From Eledone cirrhosa (lineage: Eukaryota): a stretch of DNA of 64,000 nt. Below are positions 54,353-64,000 of this stretch, one piece after another. Location of the stretch: NCBI GenBank assembly GCA_964016885.1, contig OZ024742.1:215760001-215824000 (forward strand), written 5' to 3'. The stretch's first letter is position 1. Each line of letters begins with the position of its first letter. The notes below the pieces were generated by a model. It was not told where the DNA came from. It worked only from the letters and a program-made list of their open reading frames with translations, and made no database searches. A program made the position numbers and the translations under genes.

Positions 54353-56590
54353 CACATGCGATATAGAAATAATAGAAGCCTTTCTATCAACTATTACCAA
54401 TCTGACGTATATAATGAGAACATTTTTGACACGTATTCCGAGATAAAATGTCTAAAAATATAATGCAATGCTCATGGGTAAATATCTTTCAATTTGGGTT
54501 TGCCCAATAGCAACCAGAGAGGGAATCAATTACACGTCATCTTTTTATTATTTGATGGAGCACCAGTGTCCAATATTTTAAGGAAAGAAATAAGGCAAGT
54601 GAATTGTATTTCATCGAGAGATCTGTGTCGCATTGTTAGACGGGTGCTGGCCAGTTACACGAAATATTGAGCTTTGAGCTATTTCAGTGATATTGTGACA
54701 CATCTGATAGAAAACATATTTTTATTAAGTAAATTGTTTCAATATATTTATTTATTTATCGACTCATTCAAATCTGCCTCAAGGCTATGAATGAATAAAA
54801 TATTCGTTGATTTCCAAATACTTCTGTTGTAAGTTTTTCATCTGATATATTCACAAACAGCAAATATTCTTCTTCGGCACTACTTAAATGAAGGAAACTT
54901 TGCCGTAGAAGCATTGCTTTGATATTGTTACATCTATTGTTCCAGTAGAAATTCATAAATGATTTTGTTTCTTATTCCTATTTTTTTTTTTATTACAGTT
55001 TGTCTTGTTGTATAAGTAGTTTAAGGCAAGAAACCGTTATATCATCGTGGTTTTCCTTTCTGACCAATTTTCTATTTATTACTATGATTTATGATGATTT
55101 TTCTTTTACGTTTCCTTTTATACTTTCTAATCCGTGTTATTCTTAGTGTTATTGCTGTTGTAGAGATGAATATTATGAAAGATTTGCTATTGTATATATA
55201 TGCATGGCGCAGTGGCATTACTATTTTTTTTTTATTATTTCTATGGTCAGCGTCGGATAGAGTGAGAAAGAATGAGTCAAAATGATGAAAGAAGGAGACA
55301 AATATAAAAAAATGAGTAAATATGAATGTGTCTAGGTATTTTGGTAGACAGGCAAATATGTGTGCATGCACGTAAGTAGTTATGTAGGATTGTACTTGGT
55401 TGTTTTATTTGTTAGTTGACTGGTGTTGCCTGATTGGATGTTTTATCAGTGAATTTATTCTATTGTTCAATTTTCAGTTGTTACAGATTTGAAGAAAGAC
55501 GGTAATATCACCACTTCGTTTTTTTCAATCTCCAGATCTATTACAAACATGAATTATTTAAAATCGAATATCTGATATAGATATAAACTACCATCTATAA
55601 AAAAATTCCATCAATATGTGTCTTTTTGTTGCCATCGCTTCTCCTAGGAACAATAATAATTGTAGTTCACTCTGTTTATGATGTTGTTGGTGGTACCACA
55701 ATGCTTTTACTATTTATTGTACTCTTTAAATCAGTCATTTTATATTGTGTTCGTATATGTTAGAAAAAGAATTATCATTTCTAAATTAATAATAAATCCA
55801 AAATCTCGTATGACAGGACCCCCAGAAGCCTGAACGAAAATGTCAGTCTTAGAAAGCTTTTCACCCAGAATTCTAATACTAAATACCACATGGCATTGTG
55901 TAATTTGTTATCATTTCGTCAACTCAAAGTAAGGAAGAATATTTGCTGCAACTGTAATCAAAATATTACATATAATCTGATGCTACATGTTAGGTAGTTT
56001 CAGGTTTAAATGACACTTGTTTGAAAATGAAATTGCATATAAAATTGAAATATCTATCATAATGACACACGTTCGTGTGTTATCCTTTAGATACACTTAA
56101 CAACTGAACGAAATAGAATGCATGATTGAAACTTTTAAAATAATCAAGATATGATATGGAAATATATGAAATCAATTATGCATAAATACATAAATACAAA
56201 AATGTAATTAGTGTCGCTGCCCATTTGCAAATAATATTTTTGAATGGCACATTCACTCTCCTTTGTACTAGTTGTATGGATAAATGCAACTTATTGCATG
56301 ATTTAGAGGGTCTCCTAAGTGGCATTTACTCCTATCATTAACCATGAGAGATCTCATGAAAGTTTCTACAAGGCTACATTTTGTTGTACGAATGTAGATT
56401 ATCAGAAAATGCTTTAATTAACTTTCCATCCCGATTTATTTAGTGCGGGGATTATATATACATCACTAAAATCTGAACGTCTCAGTTGACCTCAATTTTA
56501 GATTTGCTAGAATTGATCATTCGTGAATTATTAAATGTAGTTTCGGAAGTTATCAAAGAGAGCAACTACGATTTGTAGATAATATAACAA

Positions 56591-56680
<90 letters not shown>

Positions 56681-56682
56681 CT

Positions 56683-56775
<93 letters not shown>

Positions 56776-57389
56776 ATATATATATATGTATGTATATACA
56801 CATATATAGATGTATAGCTATATATTTATATATATATTATGTATGTGTGTGTGTGTTTGTTTGTGTTTGTGTGTATGTGTGTGTATGTGTGTGTGTGTTT
56901 GTGTATGTGTGTGTAACGAGCCTTGCACCTGCTTTAACACCGACAACTTCATAAACCAGCATGCCAAGACAAACAAACCTATGACATATGGTGGTCGATA
57001 CTAGAGCCATGCTGCGCGCTGTCCAATGGACAGAGTTTGTTTTGCAGGCAAATCTCAATCCAGTTTTTCAATTATGACTTTAAAATATACTCTCTGATGA
57101 GATCCTAAAAATATGTGTTAATGGTTTTCGAACTACTAAGCTCGACACATCGGTTTATATTCAATATGATTAATATAAAAAGCTGATGCTTCCATTAACT
57201 GATGTTGTTGGCGTGACTTGTAGTATTAATGTTTACGTATTTCTTGTGTGTATGTAACATATTTTTAGTTGATTATGTGCAGTTTTTAACCAATTGTATC
57301 GATGAATTTTATGCATCCTACATTTATTTCCTGTTTTAATCTGTATAGTTTTTCCTTACTATTTGCAAATCATTATCTAGTTTGTGAAA

Positions 57390-57578
57390 GGGCGGTGGAT
57401 TGGCAGTATCAGTAGAGGGTCGGACGCCATGCTTTCCAGCATAGTTACGTCCCTTTACGATCTGAGTTCAAATCCCGCCGAGGTTGACTTTGCCTTTCAT
57501 CCTTACGAGGTCGATAAAATAAAGTACCAGTAATGCACTGGTTTATTGCTGGCCTTGTGCCTAAAGTAGAAACAATTA
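57390..57578 (+). mobile_element. tRNA-derived SINE
   Basis: Full-length short subtype, with TSD ATTATCTAG(T/A)TTGTGAA. Confidence 0.9.
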
Positions 57579-57590
57579 TCTAGATTGTGA

Positions 57591-57768
57591 ATTGGCAGTA
57601 TTGGTAGAGGGTCAGACATGCTTTCCAGCATAGTTACCTCCCTTTACGATCTGAGTTCAAATCCCGCCGAGGTTAACTTTGCCTTTCATCCTTACAGGGT
57701 CGATAAAATAAAGTACCAGTAATACACTGGGTAATTGCTGGCCTTGTGCCAAAAGTAGAAACAATTAT
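57591..57768 (+). mobile_element. tRNA-derived SINE, slightly 5'-truncated
   Basis: Adjacent second copy followed by ATTATCTAGTTTGTAAA. Confidence 0.9.
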
Positions 57769-59120
57769 CTAGTTTGTAAACTACCGTAGACTAACATTCT
57801 TATATCAGAAATTCCGATGGAGCTGCTATTATCAAATATAAAATAAAAGGGATGTTATCGGGCATAAATGCATATTCCTCATTTTCACTATGTATTGTGT
57901 CAATGGATAGGTTATTTATTTGTTTCACTGGTTTGGTTTTGTGTCGTCTGTGTGGTCTGTAAATGACATTTATGCGTTTCACGAGATGCCAATATTACAA
58001 ATGTTGTTTTGGTTTTCTTTTCTACGACGGGTTGTGACGTTATCAAATACGATGTAGAATATAGGCGGGTGTTTACTATTACTGCTATTATTGATGTTGT
58101 TCTCCATTGAACAGTGACAGATTTGTTTGATACAGATGTTAGATTGTGTTTCTGTATGCAGCTATTTATAATATGTTTAATGGATTATAATATTGTCAAA
58201 ATGGGATTTTGATATATATATTGCGTGGTAGAGTTGGGATGAAATACATCTAGTGTATGAAATAGGACACGCACTTAAATGAATCTGCTTAGAAACAATG
58301 TAAGTTAGTGTTTTTTTATCATAGATTAAATATAGATATTCTTATATTCAAAATCATAGTTTACAATATTCTGTTTCTTATCCATTCTGTATATGTTTTA
58401 ATAATTGTCATTTGATAGTACTTATCATTATATTACAAGTGGTGAAGATTGTCAACATTTAATGATACTGTATCATACCGATTTTAACCGTCAACTATTT
58501 GCGTTTTCAAGTTTATCAGCAATCCAATGAGGTGCTTTTCATTTGAAGGCAACAATGTGTGATTTGAGTGATATTTAGCGGCTATTTTCAGCAGCTCATT
58601 TAACTATTTAGAGCCTCAAAGAGACAGAATTAAATATATGCTAACTGAGTTCAATCTTTGCAGGTATCATTTCTTGTTATATGTATTTTATTACTGAATA
58701 TTTACCTAGCTATTTGGAATATATTTCAGAAAATATATTTGTTACCGAGACTAGATTTATCTCTCATATAGCCGATGCAAAAATAACAAAAATAACTGTT
58801 AGGTATTAGATTCTATTAAACCCCTGAGGTCATCTTTTACAATCTCTGCTGGGATTAGCTTAGAGAATCATGTTATGGTTGAGTGAAAGACGCGAACCAT
58901 TGTTGCAGAGAAGGAAGGTGAATACCAAATGCGATTGCTCCCAATGGATCTTGTTTTTGTTGCTGTTTTTATTGTTGTTATTGAAGAATTTGTTGTCGGC
59001 GGTAATGGTGGTGGTGTTCTTTGTGGTAAAGTTGCTGGAGGTGGTCGTGGCCTTACTGGTGTTCGAGTTGGGCTTAGTGTCCATGCTCATACTGTCACGT
59101 ACTCTTCCGTTCAGTTCTAA

Positions 59121-59212
59121 TCAATCAGATCTAATGCACAAATTATCTTCATTATCATCGCTTAATTTCTGAGCAGTAACACTCAAAAGTTCTGCAAAAT
59201 GCTTCCTAAGTT
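59121..59212 (-). CDS. Candidate terminal coding exon of an unidentified host gene: (E)LRKHFAELLSVTAQKLSDDNEDNLCIRSD*
   Basis: Non-repetitive segment after an acceptor-like ttatttcttgtgcttaatacctatttAG. An alternative same-phase acceptor ttttgcAG lies 21 nt downstream. ELRKHFAELL resembles the last helix of tyrosine-kinase domains, which is weak evidence. No upstream exon was found in the window. Confidence 0.35.
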
Positions 59213-59980
59213 CTAAATAGGTATTAAGCACAAGAAATAATTGTTGTTGTTATTTTCGTTATTGTTTCTGTTGCTGCTCTTGTCGTGATGGTTATTATTG
59301 TTGTTTCATCCTAGGTCAGCTCTGATGGAAAAGAACGAAGTATGTCCAAACCGACTTTTACCTTCACATTTATAGATACATACATTCTTTCAGAGAAGCC
59401 TATCTTTTCTAGAGCGAGAGGAAAATACTTTTGGAAAATTTAACTGTTATTCCAATCAGATTGAATGACAACTTAAAGATTTGTTGGTTTATAGTTTTGT
59501 GCATGAACTTATGTTAATTATCTTCGGTCCCCATTGATCAAACAGGTCATGATAATACCGAGTCAGTTGCCGTATCTATCACACATGTATGTTTTTGTTG
59601 CATTCATGTTGTAAAAAAATAGGATTATATTATGAAGTTACACCTTTCCTTCTTTATCATTATGAAATCCAGTATCCGGCAATTCTTTACAGTTAAATCT
59701 CTTTTATATTCAGTACCTGTATTCCTTTGCTTTACTCATTACGGGCACATACCAGCAAAGCATTCTCCAAATTCTGGATTTTATTCATTTATTTTTTTTT
59801 TTGTCTTTATTTTAAAGTATTGGAACATAATATGTAGGATATGTTAGTTCCTATTTCTGGCAGGATCGGAATCCTCATCGTTGATTAAACTAGAATATAG
59901 TCTGTGATTAAACTAGAATAATATAGTCTGTGATCGCTTTATAGGAAAGTGTTAGTTTTAAAGTTATATATCATTATTTT

Positions 59981-60090
59981 AATCCCGTCGAGGTTAACTT
60001 TGCCTTTCATCCTTACGGGGTCGATAAAATAAAGTACCAGTAATACACTGAAATAATTGCTGGCCTTGTGCCAAAAGTAGAAACAATTAT
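59981..60090 (+). mobile_element. 5'-truncated SINE
   Basis: AATCCCGTCGAGG...GAAACAATTAT, with TSD ATTATTTTA. Confidence 0.85.
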
Positions 60091-60559
60091 TTTAGAAAGC
60101 ATTATTTCATGTGTAATACACATCTAATAGACTGACTTTGTTATTACCACTGCTACTGCTGCAACTGTTGATATGGCTACTGCTGCTATATCTACTGCTG
60201 AAGTTGCTTTTACATCAGTTACTGCTGCAGATTAAAGCTTTTTACAAACATTGTACTTGTAGATGATGTTATTTTTATCGTTAGTTTGGCAATTTTTCAA
60301 CCATCTGCCATCACATCCTCCCCGTATCAATCCTGATAGAGCTCAGTCTTAATCAAAGCGATCACTTCTCTGTCCAAGGCCATCTAGACTTTTGTTTTAT
60401 AGCAGGGACTACCCACTCTTCTTTGATGAGACCGCGGAGAGCAATTTGAGAGAGATTTTGCCGCTAATAGCTATATAAAGTGTGAGACTACTTTAGGGCC
60501 TGGGTATTGGCTTCGCAGTTGTTTTTGTGGGTGGTTGTCGTTGGTGATGCTGTTATTAA

Positions 60560-61110
60560 TTTTTTGTGACTGTTGCTGTTAATGGTGGTGGTGGTGGTGG
60601 TGGTGGTGGGGGGGGGGCTTCCGGTGATGGTGATGCTGGTGGTGCTGGTGGTGATGGTAGTGAGAGTGGTGCTGGGATGCGGGTGCTGGTGATGTCGGTG
60701 TTGCTGGTAGTGATGGTAATGGTGGTGGGGATAGTGGTGGCGGTTGTGGTGCGTGGTAGTGGTGGTGGCAGTGATGGTGATGTTGGTGAGGATAGTGGTG
60801 GGGTTGGTGGTGGTGGTGCTGGTGGTAGTGATGGTGGTGCTAGGGTGCCAGTGCTGTGGATGTTGGTGTTGTTGGTAGTGAAGGTAATGGTGGTGGGGAT
60901 AGTGGTGGTGGTGTGTGGTGTGTGGTGGTGGTGGTGGTGGTAGTGTGGTTGTCGTCCTGATATTGTTGTTGGTGGTGGTGGTGGTGGTAATGGTGGAGGT
61001 GCTGATGCTGATGGTTATCGTGGTGGTGATGGTGATGGTGGTGTTGGTGTTGTTGTTGTTGCTGTTGTTGTTGTTAGTGTTGGTGGTGGTGGTGGGGGAT
61101 GTTGGTGATG
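60560..61110. repeat. (GGT)n/(GTT)n-rich low-complexity tract with an internal duplication
   Basis: The segment containing GGTAATGGTGGTGGGGATAGTGGTGG occurs at about 60715 and again at about 60882. Confidence 0.85.
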
Positions 61111-61460
61111 TACAGGATGTTCATGTCCGCATCATGTAACATCAGATGCTACAGATTGTTGACAATTCTGTAGTTGTTTTTGTTGTAGCAATGGTATACC
61201 TGCTGCTACAGTTGCTGTTGTTGCAGTTGCAGCTGCTGCTGCTACTGCTGTCGCTGTCACCATATCAGTTACTAAGGTTGTCATTTACATATTTCTTAAC
61301 CTGCTTTTAATTCTGTGTTTGACGTTGGGTTTGGGGAATTTTGATTTCTTTACTACCATGGCAACATTTACTGTTGTCATAGAAGAATATGTTTCAGTTG
61401 CCTTCAGTGTTCTTGTTATCTCCCCTGCTGCTCTTGCTGTCATTATTATTTTTGCTTTAT

Positions 61461-61663
61461 GGCGGTGAATTGGCGGTGAATTGGCAGTATCGGTAGAGGG
61501 CCGGACGCCATGCTTTGACGCATAGAGTTACGGCCCTTACCATTCTGAGTTCAAATCCCGCACAGGTTAACTTTGCTTTTCATCCTTACGGGGTCGATAA
61601 AATAAAGTACCAGTAATACACTGGAAAAATTGCTGGCCTTGTGCCAAAAAGTAGAAACAATTA
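61461..61663 (+). mobile_element. tRNA-derived SINE with duplicated 5' end
   Basis: Starts GGCGGTGAATT-GGCGGTGAATT-GGCAG. TSD ATTATTATTTTTGCTTT. Confidence 0.9.
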
Positions 61664-61781
61664 TTATTTTTGCTTTTATAATTATAACTGGAGTTTCCTG
61701 TTGTTTACTACTAAGATTTACTACAATAGAAACCGTACTTAGTCTTCATATTTCCTGATATTTACTACTTATATATATACG

Positions 61782-61831
<50 letters not shown>

Positions 61832-61860
61832 CGTGTGAACGTGCGTGCGTGCGTGCGTGC

Positions 61861-61941
<81 letters not shown>

Positions 61942-61974
61942 CGTGTGTGTGTTATGTATTTCCGTAGGACTCGT

Positions 61975-63960
61975 GTTTAAGGCTTCGCAGCACTGATTTT
62001 CATTACAACGTTTGCAAGTCTTGACATCAAACCTATCAAGTGAATGTTGGCGATCACTTTATAACGAATGCAAATTCCAGACGATTGATCTTAAACCTGC
62101 GAATCGGGATCCCACTTCAAACCCGGCTGCGCATGTCAATGCCGTTCATGAAAATAATGAACAGGAGAAATGACAGTATGCACCGGGGGCGGAGTCCGAG
62201 TGTCACATTGAATGACTTCGATTTAGTAACATTTATCCGCATACAAATACTTGGTAATTGGTGCAGGGGCATCAGAGCAAAAAGAAATTGACTATCGATC
62301 CCATACTTTTGCAGTGCCTGCCACAACGGGTTACGCGGAATGCGGTCATATGCCTTTATCAACAGAATGTGGTTATATGCCTTTTCGAGGTATAATGTAC
62401 TGCAACGATTTGTCAGAAACCTAGAGCAGGGTGAATATTTGGCCAGCTGTACTGCGTCCAGGACGAAAACCAATCTTTTCATCAACTAGCTTGGACTCCA
62501 CAATCTCCCCACGTCTCTTGATTCCCTTTCTGAAAATGTTCATTATCCCTCCCGATTACCATTTCTTAGATGCCTTTTGGGATATTCAGGCCATCCAGCA
62601 CGCATGAATTAGCCAGAGAAGACATTCTCTATTTCAGGCTTTTAACATCTCAGGCCGAATTTCATCCTCCTCACTTCCTTGTCACATTCAAGCTCTTTAA
62701 CTGTCCTTGTGACCTCGACCTGCCATACATTAGTCATCATTCCCAAACACACCTCTTGGACATCAGATGTTGCTTTGATCGAACTTAGAAGTTCAGCAAA
62801 GTATTGTCGCATCTCACGTGGATGCATCCCTCTAAAAAAGGAAAACATCAGAGTCATTCCTCATAACGGCGTCGAGCAGTACTCCTTATTATGAAGTCGG
62901 CAGCTGGTCTGCCAGAGCCATTTATTTGCTGATCTCAAGTCAGATACCAGCGTACCCATTAAGTCCTCCCATATCTTAAATCTGTACACCTTTGCTGTCT
63001 CTCCTGCTATTCTTCTTGCCTGCTTGTACCGCAAGTACAAGAAGGAGTATTTATTTCCATGCCAAGTTTTGTAATCCTTCATCTTTGTTTGGATTGCATG
63101 TTTGAACTCTTGATTGAACCAAAGGATCCTCCTGCTATCCGGTGCCGCACCAAGCCCCTTTCGCTAGCATTATTTCACAGATGAAACAGAAACTACTGTG
63201 CTGAGCAATCTTCACTCCGTTTCGACGTCCTCAGGTTGCTCATGGAGCTCTCTAAGTTTGGATGTAATGGTATCTGCATATCTGGTCATGACTTCCTTAT
63301 CCACCAACAATTCCAACTTTATTTTGTAGGTCAGCCTGGTTCTGTCAGTTTTGTGGGTTTCTCTGGCTTCCGTTTGTCTCAGGCTGCAGATAACAAGATG
63401 GTGATAAGTTGAGAGCTCAGCCCCTCACTTAACCTGAACATCCAGCACAGAATCGAAGAGATCAGAATCTATTATCGATCTCTGTCCCTGATTCAACTTA
63501 TATCGTGTGTATTCATGGATGCTTCTAGACTGGAAGACGTAGTTTATAATAGAGAGTCCATTGCTAGAAGAGAAGTCTCATAAACCTCCGCATTAGTATT
63601 TAGATCCGAATCGCCGATCCTTCCTGTCACTTCTTTCCAATATGTGTATTGAAGTCGCATTAGGATATATTACTCAGTCTTAACTATATCTAACACTGCA
63701 GTGATTTCATTAAGGAGAGATGCGTATTCGGACTCCTTGTTTGGTGCATAATCTTGCTCCATCCACAGTGGCAAACAGCATCAAAGCCACGGTACTTCGT
63801 TGTGGAAACCTGACTATATCTATCATGTTGCATCTAGACTCCTCCACTAGTTCCTGCTCCTTACCTAGAGGGGTTGTCATGTTCCAGATTCCAATGGTCA
63901 AGGAATGCTCTCTTCACAATCATATTTTGGATCTCGTGATACGAAATCTTTGTGCATTCA
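61975..63960 (-). mobile_element. Degraded RTE-clade LINE (Expander/Rex3-like): AP endonuclease plus RT, 3'-truncated
   Basis: IGIWNMTTPLGKEQELVEE...IDIV (AP-endonuclease start). RT remnant LEKAY...KAYDRIPRNPLWQALQKYGI...SKSFNVTLGLRPRCILSFLLFIIFMNGI. Confidence 0.88.
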
Positions 63961-64000
63961 TCCCATGCCTCCCAGTACAGGTCACAGGCCCTTCGGCAAT

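Noticed and set aside
58870-59172. 100-aa hydrophobic plus-strand ORF
   Set aside because: It is the antisense shadow of the A/C-rich minus-strand frame. Its Leu/Val richness follows from the GTT/GGT content.
60566-61139. Gly/Val-rich membrane-like ORFs
   Set aside because: They are a product of (GGT)n/(GTT)n low-complexity sequence, with no splice or domain evidence.

Overview
This window is AT-rich, microsatellite-laden eukaryotic DNA. The SINE and repeat content suggests an octopod cephalopod (inferred, not searched). It is almost entirely non-coding and transposon-derived, and most ORFs in the supplied track are translations of (TA)n/(CA)n/(GA)n/(CTT)n. Recognisable content: (i) many Penelope-like retroelement (PLE) copies and pseudo-LTR fragments, mostly inserted in (TA)n, with decayed RT and GIY-YIG endonuclease sequence; (ii) about 20 hammerhead-ribozyme (HHR) motifs read by eye, from roughly a dozen unrelated sequence families, several with an intact catalytic core; (iii) repeated fold-back architecture in which one insertion carries a pair of outward-facing HHRs, and the inverted arm reproducibly lacks a 50-70 nt 3' tail; (iv) 13 copies of a tRNA-derived SINE, most with ATTAT-starting target duplications, including stacks at one site; (v) decayed RTE, Dong/R4 and CRE non-LTR elements and MITE-like palindromes; (vi) one candidate host terminal exon (minus strand, about 59.2 kb) whose UGA-UUAG stop is followed by an 86-codon in-frame extension. 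All calls come from manual reading, with no database search or RNA folding run. Coordinates of degraded elements are approximate.
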